From sequence record SRR20825006_1018: a stretch of 48,096 bases of DNA; one strand, given 5' to 3'. Positions within the stretch are counted from its first letter, which is position 1. Every line of letters starts with the position of its first letter. Below are positions 1-10,509 of this stretch, piece by piece. The notes beneath the pieces are model-generated. The model was not told where the DNA came from. It made no database searches and saw only the letters and a program-made list of their open reading frames with translations. The position numbers were made by a program, and so were the translations under genes.

Positions 1-527
1 TCGCTTGCTACCAGACCGACTGCACCCTTTCAGTCGCATAACATTCGATTCAACCCTACTCAGTTGGGTCGTATTCGGGGAGTCGTTTGATACGGGGCAA
101 GTGAGCTGGGGCATTTGACCAATATCACTCCACTCACGCTTGTCCTAGACTTTTTAAGCTTTTCTCGAATCTGCGGCAACAACGCCATTCGAGTCTCGAC
201 CCTGAGCCAACTTGCAGTCTCCGGGTTGGATCGGTGATGCCGGACGGCTCAATGCATGGCGGCTTCCACTCAGCGAGGAATACCTTTGGGATGCCAAGCC
301 GGCCGGACAGTTCCTCAGTATTCTTCAGTGTCTTACAGCCCTCAGTTTCCTTCCGAGACCAAGGTCTATCTACACAGGATCGGCCGAATGAACTGCGTCA
401 ATGTCCGCTGGGCCGCCCTGTTTCATCTCCGATCCTCTCGCTTACTCACCGTCTTTCGATCGAGGTTACAATCGAGCCTCGCAATTCTGCAGAGAGCTAT
501 CGATTCGTTTTGGAACGGCGCGTGTTT

Positions 528-2078
528 ATGAAAATGAAGTTCTTGTCAACAACGGTGTTGCTCGGTGCCGCATTCTGGATCGCTGGTAGCTTCGGTTTGC
601 TCACCGATGCCCAAGTTCAGGGACAACAATTCGGGCCCATCGACATGTTGCCGTCGCCCACTCAGGACATTCCACGCAGCCCGATTACGAGCAGCCCAGA
701 TACGTGCAAACCTATCGATCGTTCTGGTAGCATCTTGACTCCGAGAAGACCGATTCAACTTCCGGAACCAACCTTCGGTCCAATGCTGGGGCCTTCCCGC
801 TCGAGGCAAACTCCCAACGAGGCGGTGCAACCACCTGCGGCGGCTGGCCTGCAAATTCGCGTCGGCGACCTGATCCATCCCGAGAACGAACGCTTGGCTG
901 TTCGGGATGATAACGGGAACCGAGTCGTCGGTCGGTATCTCGTGGGCAGTGGTTCGGTTCGATTTGTGTTGATGCCGGACGGGCGTTTGAAGGTGTTCGA
1001 CGATGCGGAAGTCTCACCGACTGAAGATGCGTTCACACCGATGACCATTGACGAAGTCCGTGATCGCTGGCTGGCAGACGAACGACTCGCCAAGCTTGAG
1101 ATGAAGTCCATTCAGAGCAGACATTTTCTGTTTTTGTACAACACGAGTGAGCCGTTCATTCGCGCGACGCGAACGATCCTCGAAACGATGTACCCGGCCG
1201 TTCGCAAGTATTTCCAACGCACACGAATTGACACCCATGAACCAGAATTCCCCTTGGTCATCGTTGCATTTGCAAACGACCATCAGTTTCAAGAATTCAA
1301 TCGAATGCCCGAGGGCGTGGTGGCGTATTACGACAGCGCCTTCAACAACGTTGCGTTGTACGAGCAATCGCGTTTGAACCAAGTCGCTCCGCACGTCGCG
1401 GTGATGAATTCAATCTCCACCATCGCCCATGAAGGCGTCCATCAAATCCTGTACAACATCGGCGTACAACAGCGTCTGTCCCAATGGCCGATGTGGTTGA
1501 GCGAAGGTTTGCCGGAGTTCTTTGCACCGACATCAACGGGCGAGGGGGCTCGTTGGAAAGGGCTCGGTGCGACCAACGATTTAAGAATGAAAGAGATCTT
1601 CGAAGATGTGAAATCCGGCAGGCGTTTGGGCGACGGTTCCCATCTCAAACGGCTCGTCGAATCAAATGAGTTTGACTCGCAAGAATACGCTTATGCTTGG
1701 GGCGTGATTCACTGGATGGCTCGCAAACAACGGGAGGAGCTGTTTGCATCGATCCGCGAAGCGTCCGCACGGAAGCCGCTCGCCCACCTGACAGAAAACG
1801 CACCAGACAACGCCTCCTTCTTTCAAAAACACCTGGGCGACGATTTCGTTGAACATGAAAAGGATCTGGCCAGACACCTGCTTTCAATTCGATGGGTTGA
1901 TCCAGCGGAGAACCAAGTGCACTACCTAGTCATTTCAGGTAGCCGTGTCACGCTGACGACATCGCCCGAACGAGTTGAAGAATTGCGACGCGCGACGCTG
2001 CCATTGCAGAAATTTCGGGTGCAGCGGTTTCGCACTCGTACGCTGGCCATGCAAGCGATGAGTGCGATCACACAATGA
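528..2078 (+). CDS. Secreted DUF1570-domain protein (HExxH zinc metallopeptidase-like)
   Basis: ORF 234..2078. Likely start at ATG 528 (MKMKFLSTTVLLGAAFW, signal-peptide-like). TIAHEGVHQ and WPMWLSEGLPEFF motifs are typical of DUF1570/peptidase MA-like proteins. Confidence 0.75.
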   Translation: MKMKFLSTTVLLGAAFWIAGSFGLLTDAQVQGQQFGPIDMLPSPTQDIPRSPITSSPDTCKPIDRSGSILTPRRPIQLPEPTFGPMLGPSRSRQTPNEAVQPPAAAGLQIRVGDLIHPENERLAVRDDNGNRVVGRYLVGSGSVRFVLMPDGRLKVFDDAEVSPTEDAFTPMTIDEVRDRWLADERLAKLEMKSIQSRHFLFLYNTSEPFIRATRTILETMYPAVRKYFQRTRIDTHEPEFPLVIVAFANDHQFQEFNRMPEGVVAYYDSAFNNVALYEQSRLNQVAPHVAVMNSISTIAHEGVHQILYNIGVQQRLSQWPMWLSEGLPEFFAPTSTGEGARWKGLGATNDLRMKEIFEDVKSGRRLGDGSHLKRLVESNEFDSQEYAYAWGVIHWMARKQREELFASIREASARKPLAHLTENAPDNASFFQKHLGDDFVEHEKDLARHLLSIRWVDPAENQVHYLVISGSRVTLTTSPERVEELRRATLPLQKFRVQRFRTRTLAMQAMSAITQ

Positions 2079-2128
2079 GTTTTGATTGCACGATAAATTT
2101 TGGTTGAATAATAAATTTTGGTTGCACA
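2075..2128. repeat. Three 18-bp AT-rich tandem repeats
   Basis: atgagttttgattgcacg / ataaattttggttgaata / ataaattttggttgcaca. Confidence 0.8.
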
Positions 2129-2395
2129 GCGAATCTGGTTACTCAATGAACACGACTCCATGAAGCAGCGTCTGATTCTGCGTCCCGTGCATGACTCCCA
2201 TCGTGAATCCTGTTTGAGATAGCGCTCCCTCATGGCCGCTGTTGCCTGCGTGAACGGCGCGGCGTCTCGTGCCATCGGATTGGTTCGCAGACGAATTGGT
2301 GATCATGATTGAGGTGCCAGCAGTCCTGGCGTCATGATCCATAGCCGCTTCGCCCAGCTTAAAAAAACGGTCGAAAAAAGCGTCAGGCGAATGGG

Positions 2396-2647
2396 CTACT
2401 CAGAGATTCCCTCGGGGTCTTTCAATGCCCGGTCGGCTTGATGGATCGCGTCGACCAATGTCTGTAGCGCCGACGACACTCGATTGAGTGTCGGTGCCAG
2501 ATCGGCCAGGCACTGCTCTTCAAACTGGCGTGCTGGCTCGTCACGCCAAACCGATTTGGTCTGTTGCCATTGCTCAGCGAATTCACTGAATTCATGTCGC
2601 AGTTGATTTTGAGTCTCTTGGATTGTTCCGGTACCAAACGGTTTCAT
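2396..2647 (-). CDS. Small helical WXG100/ESAT-6-like protein (83 aa, W-x-D variant)
   Basis: In-frame ATG at 2647, 7 bp after the HEAT gene stop. MKPFGTGTIQETQNQLRHEFSEFAEQWQQTKSVWRDEPARQFEEQ... reads as helix-turn(WRD)-helix. Confidence 0.55.
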   Translation of the reverse strand: MKPFGTGTIQETQNQLRHEFSEFAEQWQQTKSVWRDEPARQFEEQCLADLAPTLNRVSSALQTLVDAIHQADRALKDPEGISE

Positions 2648-2654
2648 CGTTGAT

Positions 2655-4199
2655 TCATTCCGTGATGCCGTTGGGATTGAACGTTCGCAGCATCTTGCGA
2701 CCTTTGTAAAGGTGGAACAAATCCTCCGGCTGCGGCGGACGCGCGCGACCACCAGTGGGCAAATCAATCGTTTCCAAACCATCGGTCACAACGACGCATT
2801 CCTTCTCGTTCCGCACCGCGGTGAACACAGCCGCCGTTTCATCCAAGAAGAATCCCAACCGGTCGACTTTGACATCTTCGTATCCAACCCGTTCCAAATA
2901 GGTTTGCAACGGTTCAACGATTCGACGTTGTGCTTCGTTGAATTCCTTCGACGGCACCGTGAAGATGTCTGGATGATCCGCGTGCCATCCAGCGTAGATT
3001 GCATAGATGTCCTCCGGGGGGAAATCCGCGACATCGCATGAGATGGCGAAGACGGTCGGTCCGGTCAGTCCAACGTTACTGTATTGCCGTTCGCCAAAGT
3101 TGTATTCAAAGCGGACCAAGAACACATCGACTGGATCTTCAAAGCTGGGCCACAACATCCGGCGAGAATCCACGACCTCGACACCTGTCGGCGGCACGCC
3201 CATCTGCTGAGGCTGAGTCAACCACAATGCCATTTCGGCCTCGGCGATCGCACGCGGTTCACGATGTTCCTCGTGGATCAAATCTTCCAGTCCCAACTCG
3301 TCGGCGTAAGCGATCGCGCGGAGACGAGCGGCTGGTTCGCCCGCCAACTCGGCCAAGCGTTCTTTGCCGGTATCGACGCCCAGCTTCGCCAAGGCCCCTG
3401 CCGCTTCACATTGAACTCGGCGATGCTTCAGATCCAAGGTTTTGTTCAACTCACCGATGGAACTTTTATCGCCAATCAACCCAATGGCATCGCATAACGA
3501 GACCGCGAGCGCCACCGCTTCGCCAAGAACCGCTTGGACTTGCTCCACCTCAGTCCCGAAACTGCGTGGGTCTTCTTCGAACTTGGCCAAACGTCCTGCG
3601 ACGTGACCGAGCAAAGCGTTCAGCGATGCAATGCGTCCCTTCGCTGGATGCTCATGGACCAAACCCGTTCGCGTGACGTGCCCAGCCAAGTCCAAAATGG
3701 GTGCGGCCAAGGAGGGCTCCGAAATCGAATCCAATAGAGCGGGAAATACCGCATCAATGGACCAATCGTTGTGTTGCATCAACGGGCTGAGAATCTGCGC
3801 CGCCGCCATCCAACCCTTCGGTGGTGACTGCCCCAATTGCGTGACCAAGACACCCAATGATTCCGGTGTCCGGCGCATCGCCAGCAACTGAAGCATCAAG
3901 TGCCGGTTGGAGACTTCAGGCGAGAGTGATTCGATGATCTTGCCCAGCGCGGCGGGCTCAATCTTCGACAGAGGATCGCCCTTGGCCCTCAACGTTTTCA
4001 GGTGGATCAATCGAAGCAATCCACCCGTGATCGCTGGGTCCGCATCCATCAAACGAGCGGACTCTTCAGCGAGTGCAGCAACCAACATGGGGCCGTCCAA
4101 GCTGGGATCTTCCGCCAACTTTTTCAGTGCCACGCCAGCCTGAACCGGGTCGGCACCGGCGGCGAGAATCGGGTCAAAGGAAATTTCCGACAAGGTCAA
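2655..4199 (-). CDS. HEAT-repeat domain-containing protein
   Basis: 514-aa Leu/Ala-rich helical ORF. LCDAIGLIGD...RRVQCEAAGALAKLG is HEAT/PBS-lyase-like. Confidence 0.7.
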   Translation of the reverse strand: MTLSEISFDPILAAGADPVQAGVALKKLAEDPSLDGPMLVAALAEESARLMDADPAITGGLLRLIHLKTLRAKGDPLSKIEPAALGKIIESLSPEVSNRHLMLQLLAMRRTPESLGVLVTQLGQSPPKGWMAAAQILSPLMQHNDWSIDAVFPALLDSISEPSLAAPILDLAGHVTRTGLVHEHPAKGRIASLNALLGHVAGRLAKFEEDPRSFGTEVEQVQAVLGEAVALAVSLCDAIGLIGDKSSIGELNKTLDLKHRRVQCEAAGALAKLGVDTGKERLAELAGEPAARLRAIAYADELGLEDLIHEEHREPRAIAEAEMALWLTQPQQMGVPPTGVEVVDSRRMLWPSFEDPVDVFLVRFEYNFGERQYSNVGLTGPTVFAISCDVADFPPEDIYAIYAGWHADHPDIFTVPSKEFNEAQRRIVEPLQTYLERVGYEDVKVDRLGFFLDETAAVFTAVRNEKECVVVTDGLETIDLPTGGRARPPQPEDLFHLYKGRKMLRTFNPNGITE

Positions 4200-4317
4200 G
4201 GTTCCAAAAGTGAAAGATTAAAAATGGGGCAGGGCAGAGCAGGGCGGTACTGATCGAAACCACTGTTCTTCCGGTTGGGATCACTGGAGTGACAACAGCG
4301 AAGCTTGCAATGCCCGC

Positions 4318-4734
4318 TTATGAATCGTCGGATTCCGGTTGATACGTCAGATCAGGACTCACCGCATCGGACCATCCCAATCGGTCAATGTCATCCAGAG
4401 TCGCCCAACGATTGTTGCCTTGATAAAGCGGCGATTGATCGATGGGGCACTTCGGTGTTTCGGCATCGGCATAAATGTGCACGCCTTGAATGTTGGGCTG
4501 CAACCAGATCGCTTCGCATTCATCGCAGACCACCAAACCGTGCGATGGTTTGTCGTCGACCAATCCACAGGCACGAATGGAGCACAGCCCTTGTTCACAA
4601 ATCGGGCACGAACCGACGCTGTGTCGAACATCGGAATTGGAATCAGGGTGAGTCACAGAATTGACTTCCAAACAAGAACGGAATGATTCGGATGGTGCCA
4701 CTGAGAATTGATTTTCAAAGTGGCGTTTTCGCAT
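4318..4734 (-). CDS. Small Cys-rich (Zn-ribbon-like) hypothetical protein
   Basis: CPICEQG...CDECEAIW...CPID; acidic; co-oriented with neighbours. True start may be downstream. Confidence 0.6.
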   Translation of the reverse strand: MRKRHFENQFSVAPSESFRSCLEVNSVTHPDSNSDVRHSVGSCPICEQGLCSIRACGLVDDKPSHGLVVCDECEAIWLQPNIQGVHIYADAETPKCPIDQSPLYQGNNRWATLDDIDRLGWSDAVSPDLTYQPESDDS

Positions 4735-4770
4735 GTCGATTCAACGTCACGGGTCGATTCGACGTCACGG
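4735..4770. repeat. 18-bp tandem duplication
   Basis: gtcgattcaacgtcacgg / gtcgattcgacgtcacgg (1 mismatch), filling the intergenic gap. Confidence 0.85.
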
Positions 4771-4778
4771 AATGAGCT

Positions 4779-5585
4779 CTACAGCGGGAACGCGGTGATC
4801 AAGCGATTGCCTTCCAGCACCAAACGCACTCGGCGGGCCATCGGGTTGCGGCTTCTCTGGCCGTCGCGTCCACCGACAAAGCCAACTCGTTTCCCCATGT
4901 CGACGGTGTAGATCGTTCGCTTCCCGTCCACTTCTTTGGTCGTCCGTTGATTCGCCTGTGCTTTCTCGTATGCCTTGTCGATCGTTGCCAACGCACCTTC
5001 CATGTCGCCATCAAAGACGCCGTGTTTTCCCGAGCGGTTGGGTTGGTCTTTGGTGTGACGTCGAAGATGCTCGAGCCGGTGACCTTCCGCACTTCCAGGT
5101 GTGTACAGCACTCCGGCCGGAGACAGGAATCGGTCCGGGCTGATTTCTCTCAGCAGGCCGTATTCAAGATCCGAATTGTCCGTCGTTGGCTGGGCGGTCG
5201 CCGAGTTGGACTGAGACGCCGGATCCCCACGAGTCATTTTGGAGGCGAGCGGTCCGGGAGACTTGGCGGTCTCGTTCCGTTGAGGTTGAGTTTGACTCTC
5301 AACTCGAGGCGCTGCGGGTTTCGCCGATTCATTCGGCGCTGGGACTGAACGCGAACTGCTGGTTTGATCCGAAACGGGTGCGGGTGAATTGTCCGCAACC
5401 GAATCCTTTGCGACCTGTTTGCCGGGCAACGCAGGCAAGTTCCACCCCGTTGCCTCGTTAATCGATGGCCGGAGCAGCGTGTAGCCACCTACGACAACCG
5501 CGAGGACGATCCCCGCCACCGTGGTCTGTTTGCCTTTTTTGCCGCCAGGCCGATGGGGCCCCGAGCGAGATTCAGCAGCATTCAT
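4779..5585 (-). CDS. Membrane-anchored protein with low-complexity linker and C-terminal polymorphic-toxin-like (EndoU/RNase-like) domain
   Basis: N-terminal TM helix (VAGIVLAVVVGGYTLL) and a P/S/Q-rich linker. C-terminus HRLEHLRRH...HGVFDG...YTVDMGKRVG...VRLVLEGNRLITAFPL. The CDS is well supported; the function is tentative. Confidence 0.55.
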   Translation of the reverse strand: MNAAESRSGPHRPGGKKGKQTTVAGIVLAVVVGGYTLLRPSINEATGWNLPALPGKQVAKDSVADNSPAPVSDQTSSSRSVPAPNESAKPAAPRVESQTQPQRNETAKSPGPLASKMTRGDPASQSNSATAQPTTDNSDLEYGLLREISPDRFLSPAGVLYTPGSAEGHRLEHLRRHTKDQPNRSGKHGVFDGDMEGALATIDKAYEKAQANQRTTKEVDGKRTIYTVDMGKRVGFVGGRDGQRSRNPMARRVRLVLEGNRLITAFPL

Positions 5586-5725
5586 TTTGGTTCAATCAAG
5601 CCAGCAAGTTCGAATTCGGTCTTCAATGACCGCCAACTTACCAGCCGATCCCAAAACTAGCCAACCATCTCGGGACACGGGCTCAGCACTCGATATTAGC
5701 ACTCAATCGAAGGCTCAAGATCCGA

Positions 5726-7096
5726 TCAGGACCCAATGATTTCGCTGACCACCCGTCCGTGGACGTCCGTCAGGCGAAAATCGCGACCGGCGTAGGGATA
5801 CGTCAGACGCTCGTGGTCGATTCCAAGTTGATGCAGCATGGTCGCGTGCAAATCGTGCATGTGGACGCGATCGCGAACCGCGTAGTAGCCGTAATCATCG
5901 GTCTCACCGTACGTGATGCCGCCGCGAATACCGCCACCACCCAGCACCATCGAAAATCCCTGCGGGTTGTGGTCGCGGCCATTGCTGCCCTGAACAACGG
6001 GCGTCCGACCAAACTCGCCGCCCCACACGACCAACGTGTCCTCCCAGAGCCCGCGTTGTTTCAGATCTGCAAACAATCCCGCGATCGGCAGGTCCGTCTT
6101 GGCGGCATTTTTCTCGTGCCCGTTCTTCAGATTGCCATGCTGGTCCCACACCTGGCCGCTGCTGACGGTGATGAATCGAACACCGGATTCCGCCAACCGG
6201 CGTGCCATCAAACAACTGCGTCCAAACGAATCCGTCGTCTTCTCGCCGATCCCGTACAGCTTCTTGGTCGCTTCGGTTTCGGTTGATAAGTCCATCACCT
6301 CTGGCGCGGTGCCACGCATTCGATTGGCCAAGTCCACCGCCTCGATAGCACCATCCGTCGCTCGGTCTCGTCCGGCCGATTGCGCATGGCCTCGGTTGAT
6401 TCGATTGACCAAGTCAAACTGGTGTTCCTCGGCGGCATCCAGGTAAGCGATCTTTCCTTCGCCAATCTGACCGTTTTTGCCAACCACGGTCGCTTGATGC
6501 TTGGCGGGCAAGAACGCCGCCCCATAGTTACGAGGTCCACCATGCGCGGTCGCGGGTGCGATCGCGACGTGAGCCGGCAAATCCGGATGCCCGGCCCCCA
6601 AGGCATAACTGATCCATGCACCGACACTGGGACGGACAAAGTTGTCGCTGCCCGTGTTCACCATTCCCACCGCTTGGCCGTGTGATTGACCGCGAGTGTG
6701 CATGGACCGAACAACGCACAGTGAATCCAGATGCTTGTTCATCTCCGGCAATAAATCGGTCGCCCACAATCCAGCCTCACCATGCTGCGACCATTTCCAT
6801 GGGCTGGCCAGCAACGTTGGCTTGGCACTGATTTGAGGCGGCAACTCGAACGGCAAATCCTTTCCGTTGTCGGCGATCAACCGCGGCTTGTAATCAAACG
6901 TGTCGACATGCGACGGTCCGCCATGCATGAACAAGAAGATCACCCGCTTGGCTTTCGCCGGATGATGCTGAACAGGAGTCTGCACACCCGAGTCATTGGC
7001 CCACACACTCGACGCGGGCATCGCCGACGCGGTGACAGCCAACGCTCCGGTCGTCCAAGTCGATTGGACCAAGCAATCTCGACGGTTCAGTTTCAT
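5726..7096 (-). CDS. DUF1501 domain-containing protein (Tat-exported)
   Basis: Start MKLNRRDCL (twin-Arg). [32 protein letters not shown] and GRDHNP are DUF1501 hallmarks. Confidence 0.92.
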   Translation of the reverse strand: MKLNRRDCLVQSTWTTGALAVTASAMPASSVWANDSGVQTPVQHHPAKAKRVIFLFMHGGPSHVDTFDYKPRLIADNGKDLPFELPPQISAKPTLLASPWKWSQHGEAGLWATDLLPEMNKHLDSLCVVRSMHTRGQSHGQAVGMVNTGSDNFVRPSVGAWISYALGAGHPDLPAHVAIAPATAHGGPRNYGAAFLPAKHQATVVGKNGQIGEGKIAYLDAAEEHQFDLVNRINRGHAQSAGRDRATDGAIEAVDLANRMRGTAPEVMDLSTETEATKKLYGIGEKTTDSFGRSCLMARRLAESGVRFITVSSGQVWDQHGNLKNGHEKNAAKTDLPIAGLFADLKQRGLWEDTLVVWGGEFGRTPVVQGSNGRDHNPQGFSMVLGGGGIRGGITYGETDDYGYYAVRDRVHMHDLHATMLHQLGIDHERLTYPYAGRDFRLTDVHGRVVSEIIGS

Positions 7097-7106
7097 CAGT
7101 TTCGCC

Positions 7107-10085
7107 TCAATCCAAAAATCGAAATTCGGTGCTCGCAAACATCGCCGCGATCCATTCGCGATAACGTTCTTCGTCGCTCGACATGGCCTTCGCCACATCG
7201 CTTTCCAACCAGGCGTGCAAGATTTGTTCGTCGACCGGTCGAGGGTCGCGAGAGAACAACACCGCGCAGGCCCACCGGACACGCTGCGTGTCGTCGGTTG
7301 TCTCTTTCATCATTCGCTTCGTCGTTTGCATCGCCCATCGGCGTACTTCGGGGCTGCCGATCAACGTCAACGCTTGCGCCGGCACGTTCGTTGTCGGTCG
7401 TTTCCCAACCAACAAATCCGGATCCGCCGCGTCCAGGTTCGCCAGCAACGGTGGCACTTCGGATCGAATCAATGGCAAGTAGATTGTTCGCTTTGGATCA
7501 TCCAGCCCAAACTTGGTGGTCGCTTTGGAGTTGGCGTTGTTTTGAATGACCAAGGTCGCATAGCTGTCCATCAAGTTTTCACGACCGCTGGGGTCGAGCG
7601 TGCCGGCAGCAACCAACATCGCATCGCGAATCGCTTCCGCGGGAATGCGTCTGCGAACGGCCCGACCTCGCCATCGGTTTTCAGGATCAAGTGAGACTCG
7701 CGGGTCGTCATCCGAAACCATCGATCGTGAATACGCGTCGCTGCAAACGATGTTTCGAATCAAACGCTTCTGACGCCAACCGTTGCGTACAAAGTCGATC
7801 GTCAACGCATCCAGCAACTCGGGATGAGTCGGTTTTTCACCCCGAATGCCGAAGTTGTCGACGGTCCGCACCAGCCCCTCGCCCATCAGATGCATCCAGA
7901 TTCGGTTGACACTGACCCGCGCGGTCAGCGGGTGATCGGGATCCGTCAACCACTGTGCCAACTCCAACCGACCGCTTCCTTCCAAGGGTTCAAACGCGGT
8001 GGTGGATTCGCTGAAGACTTGCGGAATGCCTCTCGGGACGATGTCGCCCAGATTGCTGACCTCACCCCGAATATGAATCGGGCAATCCTCCTGCTCATCG
8101 CTCGGTAAATCGGCCAGCGCCATCGCGGTCGGAACGGGGGGCGGAGCATTGGCGACCAAATCGGCTCGTTGTGACTTCAGTTGCTTGAGTGTCTGAGTCA
8201 ACGTGGTTCGCATCGCGATGCTTTGTTCGATCGCCGCGTCTGATTCACCCGGGTCCTTTTCGCCATCGACCTGAACCCACTGCACGGCATCGGCGATCAC
8301 ATAACCATCCGTCCCACGGTTCGAAAGCGTGACCTGCGACTGAGTTTCCGCCTCGCACTCAAACTCCTTCAGCACGCTGTAAGTGCCCGTCGTCGGAGGA
8401 ACCGTCTGATTCAAAACCAGATTGTGAGTCTCGTCGTTCAACTGCACCGCGACAGGCAGATTCGACGCCCGATTGCCGCTGGAGTTGTAGTGAACCCGAA
8501 GCTCATACCGTCCGGCATTGGGCAAGACCGCTGCAAACCGGATCGACGCCTCACCTTTGTTTCGGTTTTCGTCGTGCACATAACCTTTGCCAACAAACCC
8601 AGATTTGTACGTCGATTCAACCCAGTGACCATCGCGAACCGCATCAACATCATCGATCGTGATGCCTTCGAGTTCTGTCTTCTCTGCGAGAACCTTCAGT
8701 TCCGACTCGACTGCTTTGATCTCTTGCTCGAGGCCTTGCAGCGATTGTTCGTGTTCGCGAATGGACTCCTCGTGTTTCTTTGAAATCGGAAGCGGAGTTT
8801 TCTTCCACGTGCTGACGTATTGCTGCGACTCACCATGCAATGTTCGCGTGCTGCGAAAGATCCCCGCCATCGCGTAGTAGTCTCGCGTGGTGATGGGATC
8901 AAACTTGTGATCGTGACAGCGAGCACAACCAAACGTCATGCCGAGGAAAGCACGTCCGACCGTGTCGAGTTGCTCGTCGACCACATCCATCCGCAACTTG
9001 GTCTTGTTGCGTTCACTCAGCATCTTGGTGCCGATCATCAAGAACGTGGTGGCGACCAACTTGTCACGTCGATCTTCATCGGAAGACGCCGGCATCAAAT
9101 CACCCGCGATCTGTTCGCGAATCATCCGGTCGATTGGCATGTCGTTGGCAAACGACCGCACCAAGTAATCGCGATACCGCCAAGCGTCGTGATGGGTCGC
9201 ATTGAAATCGCTGCCGTTGCTGTCGGCATAGCGAGCCACGTCCATCCAATGCCTCGCCCAATGTTCCGCGAACTGCGTGCTGGCCAGATAACGATCCACC
9301 AATCGCCGCCAATGTGCGTCGCTGGGATCCGCTTGAAATTGCCGAAGCGTTTCAGGATCAGGCGGCAAGCCTGTCAGATCAAACGCCAAACGTCGCAGTC
9401 GCACGCTCGGGCTTGCGATCGGAGTTGCGGTCAATCCTTCGGCGTCCAAGCGTCGTTGCAGGTAGGCATCGATCGCGGAATCAGAATCAAACGCAACCGG
9501 CGACTCGCTCGAGCGAGGAGGCTGAAACGCCCAAAACTGCCGAGCTTGTTCCCAGTCGAATGACTTTGACTGAGAACTTGTGAGCTGTTCCTCTTCATAC
9601 ATCAATCTTGGATCAGCCGCACCATCGCGAATCCATTTTTCAAAATCTCGCACCACGTGATCGGGCAGCTTTCCCGAGGGTGGCATCTCGGAGGACTCGT
9701 ACCGAATCGCCGCCATCAGTTCGCTTGCCGCGGGATCGCCAGGTCGGATGGACGGCCCACTGTCACCGCCAACTTCCCATCCTTCCTTCACATCCAAACG
9801 CAACGAACCGCCGAGGTCATCCGAATCTTTAGCATGGCATTCATAGCAATGCTCGATCAGAACCGGACGAATGCGAGCTTCGAAGAAGTCAAAGGATTCT
9901 TCGTTCGATTCATCCGCGGAAACCATCGCTGCACAACCGATGGTTAGCCCAAAAAAAGCCAGCATCCATCGAGCGGTCGGCCAACGATTGGCGAGCGAAC
10001 AACATCGATCGCCGATTGGTTCAGCGATGACGTTGTCAAACAAGGGCGGGGCGAACGGACTCTTCATTACAGAACCGTCGATCAA
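7107..10085 (-). CDS. Planctomycete cytochrome c / DUF1549 / DUF1553 protein with inserted CBM-like domain
   Basis: [45 protein letters not shown] and [13 protein letters not shown] motifs. Start uncertain. Confidence 0.92.
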   Translation of the reverse strand: MIDGSVMKSPFAPPLFDNVIAEPIGDRCCSLANRWPTARWMLAFFGLTIGCAAMVSADESNEESFDFFEARIRPVLIEHCYECHAKDSDDLGGSLRLDVKEGWEVGGDSGPSIRPGDPAASELMAAIRYESSEMPPSGKLPDHVVRDFEKWIRDGAADPRLMYEEEQLTSSQSKSFDWEQARQFWAFQPPRSSESPVAFDSDSAIDAYLQRRLDAEGLTATPIASPSVRLRRLAFDLTGLPPDPETLRQFQADPSDAHWRRLVDRYLASTQFAEHWARHWMDVARYADSNGSDFNATHHDAWRYRDYLVRSFANDMPIDRMIREQIAGDLMPASSDEDRRDKLVATTFLMIGTKMLSERNKTKLRMDVVDEQLDTVGRAFLGMTFGCARCHDHKFDPITTRDYYAMAGIFRSTRTLHGESQQYVSTWKKTPLPISKKHEESIREHEQSLQGLEQEIKAVESELKVLAEKTELEGITIDDVDAVRDGHWVESTYKSGFVGKGYVHDENRNKGEASIRFAAVLPNAGRYELRVHYNSSGNRASNLPVAVQLNDETHNLVLNQTVPPTTGTYSVLKEFECEAETQSQVTLSNRGTDGYVIADAVQWVQVDGEKDPGESDAAIEQSIAMRTTLTQTLKQLKSQRADLVANAPPPVPTAMALADLPSDEQEDCPIHIRGEVSNLGDIVPRGIPQVFSESTTAFEPLEGSGRLELAQWLTDPDHPLTARVSVNRIWMHLMGEGLVRTVDNFGIRGEKPTHPELLDALTIDFVRNGWRQKRLIRNIVCSDAYSRSMVSDDDPRVSLDPENRWRGRAVRRRIPAEAIRDAMLVAAGTLDPSGRENLMDSYATLVIQNNANSKATTKFGLDDPKRTIYLPLIRSEVPPLLANLDAADPDLLVGKRPTTNVPAQALTLIGSPEVRRWAMQTTKRMMKETTDDTQRVRWACAVLFSRDPRPVDEQILHAWLESDVAKAMSSDEERYREWIAAMFASTEFRFLD

Positions 10086-10509
10086 AAGGTGGGGGGAGAG
10101 GCGGGCCCTATAGGGTACACCATTCCCAACAACCGTGTGCCACGCGAGTCATCGCACCTTCAATCCGTTGGAACCAGAGGTCAAAAGTCGACCATTCCGC
10201 TGCAAAATCGTTTCAACCGGCACGAGCGGGCGAACCACTGTCGCAGTCGCACAATTTGCAACCGGGGATGGCTCACAAAAGCCCACCTGCTCATTCGTGA
10301 CCTAGTGTTTGTGTTAGCGACGTTGTGGGCTTCCGATTCGACATTCAAGAAAACGGCAAACCACGTGTAAACGTGGGACGCAAAGTCATGGATCCATGTT
10401 GAAAAACATGGACTGCCAGACCGCCCTGGATGCTTATCGACATCGCGTGAAGATGTGGTTGTCACATCGAGCGGGGGGGGATTCCCGACTCACAACCAAG
10501 GCACACGCC

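Noticed and set aside
234-527. Long N-terminal extensions in the ORF track (also for DUF1501, cyclase, trmB, hydratase, aminotransferase)
   Set aside because: They overlap neighbouring genes or precede obvious signal peptides or domain starts; downstream ATGs fit better.
2139-2342. 67-aa minus-strand ORF after the WXG100-like gene
   Set aside because: No recognisable motif or convincing RBS; cannot be supported, though not excluded.
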